From assembly GCF_036588685.1 (NCBI RefSeq), contig NC_086382.1, positions 71,052,001-71,116,000 of the forward strand: a stretch of 64,000 bases of DNA, written 5' to 3'. How positions within the stretch are numbered: the first letter of the stretch is position 1; each line of letters starts with the position of its first letter. The stretch comes from Mytilus trossulus. Taxonomy: Eukaryota. Under the pieces are notes generated by a model that searched no databases, was not told where the DNA came from, and worked only from the letters and a program-made list of their open reading frames with translations. Below are positions 1-21,400 of the stretch, piece after piece. The position numbers and the translations under genes are program-made.

Positions 1-2170
1 TGTCAGAGTGTACAATTGTAAAGGTTGTTTAACGTTCTGATAATTAATTTTGTTTTATTATTTTTCGAAATGCTAACAACAAACAAATTTAAAGTTCTTT
101 TTTGTAGATGAATCGTCAGAAGCGCTTTTCTGGATAATAGGCGATGTACCTATAGTTTCAACAAGGAAAAAAAAAAGAACAAACAAAATAAAATGATGCC
201 AAGACTAAACAAATACAGCACCACATCAATTCAGGTATTTCGGTAGCGTAATCAGGTTCTGGTGAAGTCCTTTTTCAGAATAGGTTAATGTTGTATTATG
301 TTTTCTCAAATTTGATTTAAGCACCAAAATATAAAATAATGATGTGGAATGATTGCCCTTGAGACAACTCTTCACAAGAGACCAAAATGACACAGAAATA
401 AACACATATACGACCTTCAACAATGATCATAGCCCAAAACGCATAGTCAGCTAGAACAGGCCTCGAAATGATAATATAAATCAATTCAAACAAGAAAACT
501 AACGGCCTAATTTATTCACACAAAATAAACGAAAAACAAATATGTAACACAACAACCACTGAATTACCGGCTCCTGATGTATATGTACATGTTATTACTC
601 TAATATGTGCACACCAATATTAAATCTGCACATTTTGGAGGCAAATTGTTGTACTTCCTTCGCCGAGAGCTATTTTGATACTCCAAAATCGATATGAGGA
701 TTCCCTCTTTTGTTTTTAGATAATCAATTATTATCATGATTATTGTCCTGAACATGATATGTGAAATTTCTATAAAATATCATTGAAACATAACAATGTA
801 TTCAAAAATACTAGACACACTGACCTGATATAATGTTGATTTGAGAAATTTTAAACCGAAGGACATATACCTGATGTAATTTGCAAAGAGACGATATATC
901 AGACATATTCAAGCTTTCCTGCAGGTCAAAGATTAATATTTTTAAGGAAAAAGGTCCGGTCCGAACGACAGTATTCATTATTTTTAATACAATTTAAATG
1001 ATATATTTCTAAGAGAAAGAGAAAAACGTCCTGTTATGGATAAATCTTTTTAACAAAGTCGTTTGACCTTCCTTCTTTTTTGTGCTTTTCCAATTCGCTT
1101 GTCAAGAGAAATTTATTCAATAACAGATGTGAAACTTACTATGAAACTACTTTATCAAAACAAATTTCAAGGAAAAACTGTTGCTTCCATAATGAAAATT
1201 CCAGTAATTTGATTTTTTTAGTTTTATATATATAATTTTTTTTTAATCTGTTTACATAGTATTCAAATTGAAACGTTTCGCTCGTGTTATTCAAGCTCTC
1301 ATTAATTATCGCGGGTTAGCTACTTATTTAAACTACTCAGAGTCAAAGTGATACTCGATAGGTTGTACGATCCGCAAATTCACTTCCTGATAAGATATAT
1401 CGGTGTCATAACCCAGTAGCAACATGTTTGTTTTACAATTCGTACGGTAATTGATCTTTTTACGTTATCAGGTTTTTATTTTGTAAAAGTATAAGAATGT
1501 CATTTTGAAATAGATTTATTTTACATGGATATTGTACAATGTAAGCCAAGGTTCTATCATTCATTCCACTTGTAGATATTGAAAGGCTCACCATCAACAA
1601 GACAACTTACGCATTAGATCTAGGAAGTTCTTCGAAGTAAAAGCAATTGCTAATATTTGATCGGTATGGCATAATTTTAGGCATTAATGACTTAAACTTT
1701 CATTTCAGAATCCCAATTTTCTTAAAACATCATTAGAGCTCTACAAACTATTCAGCCAATTTGTTAATGTTGGCTTGTAGGAAACAAATACTAATATCTT
1801 AATAAAAGGTCTTTATTTATCTCACTCGTCGGCAAAAATCAATAGTTAAATTAGTCCTTGACAAATCAGCGAGACCGCTTAGAAGAAAGTATCACTGTCC
1901 TAACAGATATAATATGAACTATCAGGAGAACATTAGTGGTCCGGACTCAGATGACAAACAAGATGATGTGTACATTGCAAAATTCAAGAAAACATCAATA
2001 TTTTGATACATTGTAGTTTCTATAAGCATGAAGCAGTTTTCAATATGTTATACAAATGTACTTTAATCCAATAACCTTATTTATAGATTCAACATGTTAA
2101 TTTTGTATTTTATAAAATGCCTATATGTATTAAGAAAATGCTAATATTTTTTTCGACAATTTGTACTTAA

Positions 2171-2441
2171 GGTGGTACCTAACACTACAGGGAGATAACT
2201 CTGTGAAATCAGCCAACGTTTTAATTACGTTGTGTTGTTAAGGGAATATTAAGCTTCTCAATGATCAAAACTAGTGTTTGTCAAACTGCTATATAACCAG
2301 TGTATTTTTTCTGATAAAACGGTTGGGTCAAATTTTCTGAAATTTTTATATTTTTGTCAATGGGTCAAAGTAAATACTTTGTAAAATTTTAAGAAAATTA
2401 AACGAGCCAAATTAATTTTAGTCAAGGTGTTGGGTACCACC
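2171..2441. mobile_element. MITE with TTAA target duplication (Kolobok-like)
   Basis: TTAA|GGTGGTACCTAACAC ... GTGTTGGGTACCACC|TTAA; 271 bp, no ORF. Purine-purine termini plus TTAA fit Kolobok rather than piggyBac. Confidence 0.8.
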
Positions 2442-5400
2442 TTAAGAAAATGTTCATATGTACTTTAAAATATGTTAAACACAGAATTGTTTTTTTTTAA
2501 ATTTAGGTAAAAAGTCCTACATTTGTGGTCGACATCAGTATTGTCTATTTCTTGGTTGATGTTTTATTTGGGTTAATAAAACATATGAAAGCGCACATCT
2601 TCTAAAATAAACGTTTTACAATTTTTACGACAAACGGTTCAGAAGAGTTAAGTGTAATATTGTAATAAATGACATGTTTGTTTTTATCAAACTCCAATTA
2701 TTACGGGTTTCTTAGTGTTAGGTCATGCATTTCGAGTTTATACCTCATTTTGATATAATTATTGAGCAATTGCTTTTTGTTACGTGTTAAATATTAATTT
2801 AAGTCTACTTACCTTTTTTTACTTTCTTAACGAATATCAAACTTTACACTGAACATCTAGGTCTTATTGATATGAACAATGACATTTCATTTTGTATTTT
2901 TACGGCACGTTATAAACCCTAAGTATCCTCTAAAATGACAAGATTTAAAATCGATATTGTCAAGTTTAACAATGAATCAACGGCTAGTTGAAAATAACTT
3001 TAAAAACAAAAAATTTCGACAATCTGTAATATTAAACCTTCCTGTAGTATTGTACAGTCTTAGTAAAATCAGTTCATTGTAATACGTTACCTGTGTATTA
3101 TCTAGAAATTTGATTGTTTGTCTCTGTAGTTTATTCATTGATATAGTCGTTTGATTTTGTGTATACCGATTATAGGGGTGGATCCACAATTTTTGAAAAG
3201 ACGTAATTCCTGAAAATTAAGAAATACCATTGGGCAGAGAGAGCCGAAAAATATATCGGTGAGTTTATGCTATGAATTCAAATAAATGAAAGACATGAAA
3301 TTTAAGAATTACGATCAAAATACACCGTCTATGCCATATCAGGTATCAACTTGTAACATTTAGATTGAGAGTGATTTAACAAGGCGGGTGATTTAGTCAT
3401 AGCAGGAGTCGATTAAACTGTCGATGCACGATGTTTATAGAGTTCATGTGATTCCCTTACATTTTCTTTTTACCGTGATTTGTAGTTTTTTTTAACTGTA
3501 TGAGACATAAGAAATATATTGTCCTAATTTGTTCATCCTTGTTTGTTTTAAATTATTGTAACGACTGTACGAATGTCTTTTCCTTTCGAAAATTCAATTA
3601 GAAATGTCGTATTTCATGTTTTGGTTTATCTAGTTATTATTATACATCAAAAATATTACAAGAACCCTCAACTTAACTTGTCGATAAAATAGACAACATC
3701 AACCAATTAAACTTCCATGTGATTCAGAGTAAAAAAAAATAAACAGACGATAACAAAGTCAAACAAAAAACTTATGTTTAATTTAACCTGCTTTCTTCAG
3801 TTTGCCTATGGTCCCTATTATATAACTAACCCAAATATTTTCAGTGCATATATGAGCGTTGTTGATATTTTTTACAACTTGATTGATAATAATTATAAGC
3901 GTCATATAATGTATGTTTTATAAATATTTCTTCACTGTATTCACAAGTTTATTCTAAGACAATTTCAATAGTAAGGCTTTCATTGTATCATCGAATAAGT
4001 AAACGCTTTTTGGACTCAAAATATCATAGATGTGGTCGTTTACTCTCACAATTATTGAAAATACACCATACACATCAGTTGATTTTTCTACTTTTAGACT
4101 AAATAGTTTCAACAAATACGCACATCTTTTTGAATATCTAGTTTTCAATGATACGTATTATTTCAAATAAAATCAAATTCATAGTACCAGTAATTAGGCG
4201 AAGTTAAAGCTTGAGATAAAATATAAGTGGCTAAGTCATAAATGAAATGGATCTAACTAAGTTGTTTTATTTTGTATTTTTAACTGTTCGTCCTGTTTCT
4301 TCGAAATATTGATATTGTTATATTATGTAACCGCATGTTATTCCACTGCAGTGGGATACCTGACATGATTGGCATAAAACAACTTAGGGTTAGTTATGTA
4401 ATCGTAGTATCAATTTATCGTAGAGTATGTAGAAATCCATTCGGAACAAACCTAATCTTTTTTTGTTTTCTGCATACAGACAGTTCTTGTCCATTCGTTT
4501 TTGATGCGTTTTGTTTTTTGATTTTGCCATGTGATTATGGACTTTCCAAATTGATTTTCCTCTGAGTTCAGTATTTTTGTGATTTTACATTTTTCATGAT
4601 AAAAATAAATGACAACAAAATCAATTTTCTTACATACCAAAAGTGTCGATAAGGAGAGAGTAACCTTGGGGAAACCCGGTACATTAAGATAAACATATGC
4701 TAAGCAAACAATATGAAATTTATGACACTAGACTTGGTTTTTAAACACTATTGATTTTGTATGTCTACAGATAACTTAGATATACAAACATGATGGGTAT
4801 TGTAAATTATCGTTTTTCATTTGTGTTACACCATATCTTTACACATATATTGCAATCTTTGCATCGAGTGCACCTATGATGTAAGGTAATCGTGAAAAGG
4901 CTTCAATGCCTGAGCCTGAAATGAATAGTTTTATTATCAAACACTGACTTCATGTGGATTGTCTGAATATCAATGATGTATAATGAACGATCATACATGA
5001 ATTTTTATTTCTAAAATTGCTCAGCGATCATATAATTATTCAACAAAACAAAAGCATGTTCATTATAGTTGCCCTATAGTTGTTAATGTCTGTGTCATTT
5101 TGGTCTCTTATGGACAGTTGTCTGAATTAAACCTTATTGCTATAAATATGCTTTCACACAAGTTTGAGATCATCAAATCGAAAACGATAATAGAATTTGC
5201 AAAAACGTCCAACTATATATCACCACTTGAATACCTATATGCAGAAACATAGGTACATGTATACACATTGAATTTTTTTAAATGACTGAATTCAGTATCT
5301 TAACTTCAGGTTAAAAAAGTTCTCTAATTGACGGTGCGCAAGGTTAAAAAAAAAGCCCTTCTATACCTTATGCAATTTGAGTATGCATTTATCAAGAAAT

Positions 5401-6101
5401 ATCAACCAATGATAATAGTCGAAAGCACATGACAGACCTTAAATTATAAAGTCATATCGTACTTTTGATGATTTTATCGTTTCAATTAGATCAGTTCAAA
5501 CAATCGTCAACGGTCATGCATAATTATATGTTTTTCATCTATTTTTCAAGAACTTCGGGTATCATATGGTGTTAATTTTGTACGTTATCTTTACGTTAGA
5601 CGTCTTTTGATGGAATTCCAAAAAGTGTCGTATCACATGGCATTAATCTAATCATCTCTATCACAGACGAATTCATCAAATGAATAATTCAAACAGATTC
5701 TTCTTTAAAATGTTTTTTCAATACTTTTCTATTTTTACAATTAATCTGTTTTCATTATCTTCTTTGTAAAACACAACAGTAAGCAAAAAAAATAATCCCA
5801 AACAAGAACTGAAAAATAAAAATGGCAAGTCCTTTATAAATGAGATTGACTGTCCCTCTAGTATCTTTCACCCCTCTTTTATAAAATCAGAAGCTAATAC
5901 ATATCTTACGAATGTAAAACAACATTCTTATTCCTGACTTAGTACAAGGCTTTCCTTGGCATCCAATTAACATATGACATGTTTATTCAAAATAATGATA
6001 CAAAGAAATTTGATGATTTTTAACAAGATTGACACGCAAAGTAGGAATTTTCCTTGTTTGCTCATACATGAAAAATCTGCAGAAAAGTTTATATAGTTTA
6101 A

Positions 6102-6490
6102 AGGGAGTTCGCTTCTCAGTTTCAAAGGAATTAACGTTTCAAAACACTAGTTTATATAGATAGAGGATAAATAAAGGAATCCAAAGAGCAACAAAAATTA
6201 TAGGTCACCGTGCTTGTTTTCGAGATATTAGCAATTGAATTTTGGCGGGAAACTATTCTCTTTTGACTTTTCATAGCTTTATCATTGACAAGTTTAAGTT
6301 CTAAAACAACATTAAAAATTAATTTATATTTTAAAAGATTTTTACAGATGGCTTATCATTATACATGTAAAAGATTTATAAAAAGAAAAATGGGGGTCAC
6401 CGGGCAAATTTTGTCAAGGTATTTAAATAGATAAAACCAGAGGATTCCGAAAATCTAACAAAACATACAAAACATGACAAGCCAGCTTCC
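6102..6490. mobile_element. TTAA-flanked MITE, second family, copy 1
   Basis: TTAA at both ends, imperfect TIR (AGGGAGTTCGCT / AGCCAGCTTCC); homologous throughout to 27725-28095. Confidence 0.65.
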
Positions 6491-7283
6491 TTAACCATAT
6501 ATACGTTATTCTTAAGTTTTTATCACATTGTTTCGCCACTATGCATATCATATCAATTTGTTAAGCCTATTATTTAGCCTAGTTATGAATTAAACAAACG
6601 ACCTTCTTTACTAGCATTTATTTGGAATGTCAATATAAAAGGATAGAGTTATAAATATTCACCCTCTGTCTATTAAAAATAATAAATTGTTGATGATTGC
6701 TATGAAGAATGACCTCATTTAAATTTTACCTAGTACAATTATATAACATGTATAATGTGCTAAAAATAAAATAAGAGTTCATGTTCGTTTGAATAAGACT
6801 CCCACATCTTTTTTTAATTGCGAAGACGATAGTATCATACCGGTATATTGTCATGTTTAATTATATTTCTTAAATCATATTCAGACAGGTTTATAGCACT
6901 CAATATAACTGATTTATTACATAGTTTCATGTCTTTTCAACTTTCAAATTAATAAAAGAATATTCACATTTATAATACTTTACCTTTTTTGAGGTTAAGA
7001 TAAAACTGTCATTATAAAATGTTTTGAGTAATCAAAATTAACCACATTTCCACAATTTGGAAGCTGGTGCCTTTCATCATTATCATATAAGTTACAAGGT
7101 ATTTTCATAAACCAAGAGTATTCCATCAAGATGTTTGATTTAGCTGAAGATCATTAGAAATACTGTTGTGAAATAACAGTATTCTCCACATTATTTTAAT
7201 TTGTGAACAGTTGCAACATTATTTTCTTATTACATATCAACAGCTCATCTAATAAAATTGCAACTATTACTAGTACTTCAAAT

Positions 7284-7815
7284 GTGATCTCAGGTGCTCC
7301 GGTAGGGTAAGCTTATCCTGCTCAACATGTGACAAAAGTCGTGTTGATCATGTAATTACAAACCCGGTAAATAGTTGAATTCGGTAAATCACGTTCGTGA
7401 AAAGGGAAAGGATCGTAGTTACGGCATAAGGAACAAATCCGATTTTATCTGCGAAACAGAAATTTCATACCGATCAACCAACTCGTGATGGCGTCCGGAA
7501 AACTGAAGCCAACTTCACTATTTGGAACTCTTGGTTTAATAGCTTCCTTGTGAGCAGCGACCCTCTATCATGAAAATCATGATAGGAAATGCAAGCACAG
7601 GAATATCGTATCAATTGGAAGATATATACCCCGTATGCAAGTGATACTGGATGTTGCTACTTAGAAATGGAAAGTTCACAATTGGAAAGCTGAAATCAAT
7701 TATTTTGTGGTAAAGTTTTGTTTTCAACCGACCCTCAATGTCAATTTCTAAATGTATGTCAAGATATGAGGCCGACTTAACTGTATATGTTGTATTCTTT
7801 ATCTCTAGATCTCAA
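7284..7815 (-). mobile_element. Penelope-like retroelement fragment (C-terminal RT region, frameshifted) plus adjacent end sequence
   Basis: Minus-strand translation SASYLDIHLEIDIEGRLKTKLYHKIIDFSFPIVNFPFLSSNI /frameshift/ LAYGVYIFQLIRYSCAC...LLTRKLLNQEF matches the PLE RT pattern [FY]LD...LY-x-K...F.IVNFP...YGVY.SQL.R. Confidence 0.75.
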
Positions 7816-8275
7816 GATAAAATAATGATGAAAACTAACAAAATTAAAATGACAAAAATACCAAACACCGAAGAAACCATATCCAAAATTCTTGAAGAAG
7901 AATTTAAAAAAAGTTTAGTTAACATTTAAATATAGGCAATTTTTCAAAACATGTGAATTATCAAGGACTGACATGAAACATATAATAATACATTGAGGAA
8001 TATATGTTTCATGCAAAAATAAAAAAAATTGATTTATCAGTTACCTGGAAATTCTCATCTTTTCGAAAGAACAAAATATCTTGTGTCACAAATGTTATCG
8101 TATCAACACGCATTACAATTATAACCTTCAAAAAACGTAAACTATGTGTTAGTCGAGGCAATTTGGTTCCCTTTTAAAAAAAATAAAAGTAAAATATAAT
8201 TTGTACTGATTATTTTGTTATCACATTCTTTTATCGTATTTAAGGACTTTCTTTGATCAATCACAACACCTTCTA

Positions 8276-15004
<6,729 letters not shown>

Positions 15005-15748
15005 CTGAAAGTACAGTAATTCTTGCGATTATAATATAAAATTTCAGTGCTTTTAAAATAATTCCAATAAAAGGTCTCTGTCGCAGTAATGGATTTTTAG
15101 TTTTTATAATGATATTGCAGAAATGTACATGACGTAAACACCCGACACGTGTAGCTTGGCGGATATTTTGCCTGATTTATTGCAATTTAATGACCTTAAG
15201 ACTTATAAAATGACATCAGAAGGGGGGTGGGGGGGGGGGGGGAGATAATAATTAAGAATTGGATGTTTCAAATTTGATTTTAATTGGGTATAAAATTGTT
15301 GACCTCAACATATTTCGCATGAAGCACGGCTGCAATGAGCCTAATTCAAATGTGGTTAAGTTCAAGGCTTATACAACCCTTTATAATAGGAATAGGACTC
15401 AATTCTCATAACTACATTTTTATGTTGGCAACAAAAAATAAAGAGTTTGCTTGTATGCACTGTTTTAACGTGGTCTCGGGGTGGACGTGCAGAAAGATCA
15501 AAAATAGTTTCGATCATTCATCATGAACCGTTACTTAAGACACAACACTTGATGTTCGTTGTAAGTCTCCAACGGAATGGTGTGACATGGAAATCATTTC
15601 ATGAAAACTATACTTTTCCTATTACTATATTTAAGCTGCTTTAATTTTCCAACAAATGGAAGTTTTTAACGACCTTGACTGTCTATACAGCCCTTGCACG
15701 GTCGGTTTTTAATTTATTCGAAATATATATAAATATGTACATTTAATT

Positions 15749-16225
15749 GAGGTCTGGAGCTGGCATGTCAGTTAACTGCTAGTAGTCTGTTGTTATTTAT
15801 GTATTATTGTCATTTTATTTATTTTCTTTTGTTACATCTTTTGACATCGGACTCGGACTTCTCTTGAACTGAATTTTAATGTGCGTATTGTTATTCTTTT
15901 ACTTTTCTACATTGGCTAGAGGTATAGGGGGAGGGTTGAGATCTCATAAACATGTTTAACCCCGCCGCAATTTTGCGCCTGTCCCAAGTCAGGAGCCTCT
16001 GGCCTTTGTTAGTCTTGTATGATTTCAAATTTTAGTTTCTTGTGTATAATTCAGAGTTTAGTATGACGTCCATTATCACTGTACTATTATGCATATTTTA
16101 GGGGCCAGCTGAAGGACACCTACGGGTGCGGGAATTCTCGCTACATTGAAGACCTTCGGCTGTTGTTTGCTCTATGGTCGGGTGGTTGTCGCTTTGACAT
16201 ATTTACCATTTCCTTTCTCAATTTT
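15749..16225 (-). repeat. Interspersed repeat sharing a core with the 17-kb repeat, in opposite orientation
   Basis: aacatgtttaaccccgcc...cctgtccc.agt.aggagcct is the reverse complement of 17189-17246. Confidence 0.6.
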
Positions 16226-16997
16226 ATATATACTATATATATATATATATAAGAAAATTATTGAAATATAATAACGGTTTCAATTCATCACTTTTACTAG
16301 TACAAATGTACTTTCACTGCTGTCACACCATTCCGTAGTACTTTCACTGCTAGTATATATATATACTAAAGTTATATAATAAAGACATATTGCGTTTATT
16401 TTCATCAGTTTGTAAATATTTTAAACATTCTTATATTCACATACTAAAATAGTGTGTTAAAATTACATTGTTAGGCAATCTTTAATGTTATATATAATAC
16501 ATATATATATAACAGTACCTAACATCGGTGGAACTTTAAAAAAAAGAATAAATAACTTTAGAATGTTAATACTTTTATCCAATTGAATAAATGTGACTGG
16601 CAACCCTATTATGTGATATCATTATCCACTAAACTTGTTTTATATAATCATGGCCCACAATCAGTGTACATTGTAATATTATTATGTAACGTGTATATTG
16701 AACTGTTTCGGTGTCTGTTTAATACGGTTTGACCTATATCTGGTTGTCTAAAGCTTATACTAAAACGAAGTAAGTTATCAGGCACGGACTCATGATATCA
16801 TGGACCATATTAATTTTGCCCCCCCCCCACAAAAAAAAAAAACAAAAAAACCCAAACAAACAAACAAAAACGGTTATAATTTTACCTCTCAAATATAAAT
16901 TACTTTTTTTAGTTTATGTTAAATGGGTACCTGGTTGGACTTTTAAGGTTGTAATACAAAATAATATATACATGTAGCAAGCTGAAGACAAAAAAGA

Positions 16998-17370
16998 AGA
17001 TGTGGTATGATTGCCAATGAGACAACTATCCAGAAAAGACCAAAATGACACAGACATTTACACCGTACGGCCTTCAACAATGAGCAAAGCCCATACCGCA
17101 TAGTCAGCTATAAAAGGCCCTGATAAGACGATGTAAAACAATTCAAACGGCCTTATTTACGTAAAAAAAATCGACAACCACTGAATTACAGGCTCCTCAC
17201 TGGGGACAGGCACATACATAAATAATGTGGCGGGGTTAAACATGTTAGCGGGATCCCAACCCTCCCCTAACCTGGGACAGTGGTATAATAGTACAACATA
17301 AGAACGAACTATAAAAATACGTTGAAAAGGCTTAACTCATCAGATAGACAAACATACAAGTGGACGTGGT
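16998..17370 (+). repeat. Abundant interspersed repeat (SINE-like, unclassified)
   Basis: AGATGTGGTATGATTGCCAATGAGACAAC...GACCAAAATGACACAG; related copies at ~340-577, 5062-5125 (reverse), 27128-27290, 50520-50790 (reverse), 56010-56130 and 59890. Confidence 0.7.
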
Positions 17371-18018
17371 CTGTTTGTCCCTATAGTGGATATTTGTCAT
17401 CGTAGCACGTTCATTTCCTTATTTCTAAATTAAAACTTAGAAGTACCATACAAGGTGTAATGCGTCATGGCAACATTGGCCTTGACTCACACCGAACAGC
17501 AAGCTATAAATGCCCCCAAAATGACAAGTGTAAAACTATTCAAACGGGAATTCCAACAGTATAGTCTATACAAAAAAAAAACGAAAAAGACTTATGAACC
17601 ACATCAGCAAACGACAAGCATTGGACATCATGTTTCTGACTTTTGACACTGTGAACACATACAGCGGGTTTAAACGTTTAAACAGGTACCAACCTTCAGC
17701 CTTTAATTTCTGAAACCATAGTGGCAGTCACATCACAACATTAATAGGTGCCTAGCAGATTTTGTAAGCTTATTCATTTTCTTTTATATTTGATCCCTAT
17801 TATATAACCTTCATAGATGAAAAAAATATTTGAAAAGCATCTAACGGATAAAGCGTGAGATCAATGTAAAGTTTAACAAATAGGACGTGCATGTAAGTCA
17901 CATCAATGTTTGATTTCATGAAGTGTTAGGGTGTTAGTTAATGTTAATTAGGTATCACGGTTTGGTGGAAATAAAGTTAAAATGTTGTCATTTAGGAATG
18001 AACTATATATGAACTTAC

Positions 18019-18407
18019 TTTGTCGGCTACACTTTGATCGAAGGTACTGTAGTACTAACTATTCAAAACGAAAGTAGACACGCCCCCTTAAATACGATGT
18101 GATGAAAAGGATGATTTTAATTTTACTGCTCTTCCTATTCTTTAGATATAATTTGTTTCCAGACTGATATAGATTCATATTCATAAAGAATCACATATTT
18201 ATTTAAATAATTTTGAGATATTCATATAAATCAATAACCTTTAAAAATCAAATATAAAATATTATATCCGGAATCTATCCGGTATTCTTTCTATTTTTAC
18301 ACATAACCCGGAATTATATGAATTAACCTTTGCCTCACATGTCATTGTGATTGTCAGTGTCAGGACAGCACAACGTTTCAACTTTGTTTATACATTTAGG
18401 GAAAACA
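18019..18407. promoter_or_regulatory. Candidate bidirectional promoter for BDH2/PDXK
   Basis: Minus-strand donor GTAAGT at 18018-18013 could join the acceptor directly before the BDH2 ATG (15005-15006); three CCGG(A/T)A ETS-like motifs at 18267-18314. Confidence 0.35.
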
Positions 18408-21400
18408 ATGGCGAACGAAGAATGCCGTGTATTGTCGATACAGAGTACTGTCGTGTTTGGTTATGTCGGAAACAAGAGTGCTTCATTCCCATTACAGGTG
18501 AGGTAGATCTTTGAATGATCAAAGTCAACCTTCAGCTTTCCATACTCGTGCACATGATTTAGCCACCAGCTGTCCCGTCTAGCATTAGTCCAGTCAGTCT
18601 GATATGCTTATATGATTCTGCCAAAAAACTGATACTTAATTTTATGTTGTCAATATATTTAAAAAAAAAAGTTTTGTTGTCTGCAGCTCCTTACATCATC
18701 CATCATTGTCCTGACATGTACATTTTGACCAATGACTGCTTTCAGGTCATATGAAACAAGGAATTGTATATTTAAAAGGAATGGAAACGCGGCCGACTTC
18801 AAAGAAAATGTTATGATGCATCTCTTGCTTTGACCGGGTGTTAATTACACCCCATCGCTCTAACTGGCTCATTACTTATCTGGTAGAAGTTATCGAACGT
18901 GGTCATTTAATCTGACACTAGTTATCTAACTTGACAATGATATTTCTTTCTTCTTAGGCATGTTTCTGTAATAAAAAATAATGACTAAAACATCATTCTA
19001 AGGGGCATTATGTTTCAATTTGCTTGGCGAAAAATAAATCATATTATTGTTTTTTTAGAAGATAATTCAAAATACACATTCTATTGTAGAGTAACGGTAC
19101 TTACATTGTGTAGTACGAACGTGGTAAAGTAGCTAAGTGATAAATAATGAAACGAAAAATAAATTAATCCAAGAAAAAAAATATAACAATACAACCACAT
19201 GCAAAGTTAGTGATAAAAACTTATTATTCATTTTTTTATCGTGATATTTCATGAAGTTATCTCACAATCAGATGATATCGGACATTTTACGAGTGTTAAA
19301 AAGTTTTCATGCAAAATAAAGGACATTTAAAAAATGTAACTAAATGACTGTTAAAAAAAGAAGTTAATAAATTATTATGAAGGAAGGAAAATGTAAACAA
19401 CTGCAGTATATTATCTAGATAAAAGAACTCAGATTACAAGTGTTATAATATACAACGGCATGCAGGATGTTCCAATTTGCAGGTATAATATATCATGTAT
19501 CAATGATAAGCTAATTTGTCTCTGGTCTTCCATACTTTTAAGATGTTAAAAATTAATAATGTCGAGCTCACCTGTTAGTTAATGCTAAATTATGCAGAGA
19601 TGCAATAAATTTTCTAATTAGAAACAGTTAAAACTTTCCCACATTCGCATTTTATTTATTTTAACACCAAAGGAATACTTTTGCGGCCTATAGACTACTG
19701 CTCTGGGAGAAAAAAGGAAGGAAGTTTTGCTGTTTCGTATGGTAATTTGTGGCAACGCTTTATAATTCTAAACAACGATTTAGTATCTAAAGCAGCATTT
19801 GACAAAAAAAAATACATGGTATATAAAGAGGCACATGAATCCACATCGTGTGTCTTCTATATATTTCTTGTCTGTTATTTCAAACAAAATGGCGTCAATG
19901 TGAACTATAAACATGGGATTTTGAAAAAATTATAGCTAATTCGTTTTTATCACCATTTTCATAAAACCAACACTATGCGATAGAAAAAAGACTAAGCTTT
20001 TAAATTATATGTCAATGTCACATCTATTTCAAGTAGTTATTTAACTTATACCAAAATACAAAGTGTCGATGTATTTGTTGACGCACAACTTCAAATTTTC
20101 AACATGTTTTGAAATAAAATCATATATATTGTACCAATTACATTTAGCATTCGTAATTTAGACCAAACTGTAGAAAAATATTCCTTCTTTTAAATGATAT
20201 CTCATTTTCTCACTTTTTTCTTTCTACTTTCCAATATAATAAAGAAATCGTAGTGCACCCCCAGATTGATAGACATATTTTGACAGATTATTGAAACTCA
20301 AAACTGAAATTTCGAAAAATCGTAGAAAATTCAAAAAAGTTACAAGAAGCTTCAAAAAGAGCCTAAGCGATAGAATAATGTTTCGGCTTCATAATGATAT
20401 CAACTGTTTTGTTTTGCACTTCGCAGTTTTCAAGTTTTTAGGAAAAAATCAAAACACAGTATTTTTTGTTTTGAAATTCGGATGAAACTCCCTCAATTTT
20501 CAAGACCGAGGTCTATTCTAATGAGAATTTACTCAATACAATATTACAAACGTATGTTTGATGAGGCATTAAAATGATACCTAAGGCCTTACTTTTTGCT
20601 AGGAATAAAAGTTTATTCTTGATTTCGGGTTTCTATCTCATTTATATCGTCTCAAGCAAGATGACCCCGTGAATTTAAAGACCGATTTATATGACAGGAA
20701 ATGGAACTCCGTCATGATTTTTTATGTTATTCATCATACTTCCTCCTGAGCCATACATGGTTTATAGCTCTGCGGGTGCGCTGTTGGTATCCCGATTGAT
20801 CTCGAGCCGCATTTCCATTCCTTTTAAATATAACAATTCCTTGTATGAAACAAGTGACTGGTGAAAAATAATGTTAATCCAAGTCTTGAACCAATGCATA
20901 CACATATCATAAACTAAGTCTTCCGTGCATGATTTTATCATTTTTTTTTCACATTCATTTCTTATTATTGTCAAAAAATAATTTAATCCATCAGTGATGT
21001 GAAAGTATGACAGCTAATTAATCATGTTAATAAGGGTCATGTTTTGAAGCCAAAGTTTAAACCATTGTCACCCATTTGTAAACAATCAACAAAGAAGCAT
21101 GGATATTCAAGTAAGAATTAAGGTGTATAACATGTACATTAAAATATCGGTTATATTGATGATTGAGTTTAGTTTTCCATTCTCACTTGCCTATTGTGAT
21201 CACCTGAGTTTTTACGAAGAATGACCATGCTGAGGTTACTGCATATAACTAATCACTTTAAAATAGTTTTAACTAGAAGTGTTTGATTTCGTATAATATA
21301 TTTCTCAAATTCAAAATTAATGATCTATTTCTATTTTGAAGAAAAAAAATATATATATATGTAAAGTTCTATAGTGTAATTAGAGATTTACAAATTCACT

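Noticed and set aside
15222-15243. Poly-G tract upstream of BDH2 as a G-quadruplex element
   Set aside because: A simple homopolymer; nothing indicates function.
18447-18449. PDXK SIQS-T-VV instead of the usual SIQS-H-V
   Set aside because: Single substitution with all other catalytic motifs intact; significance cannot be judged without an alignment.
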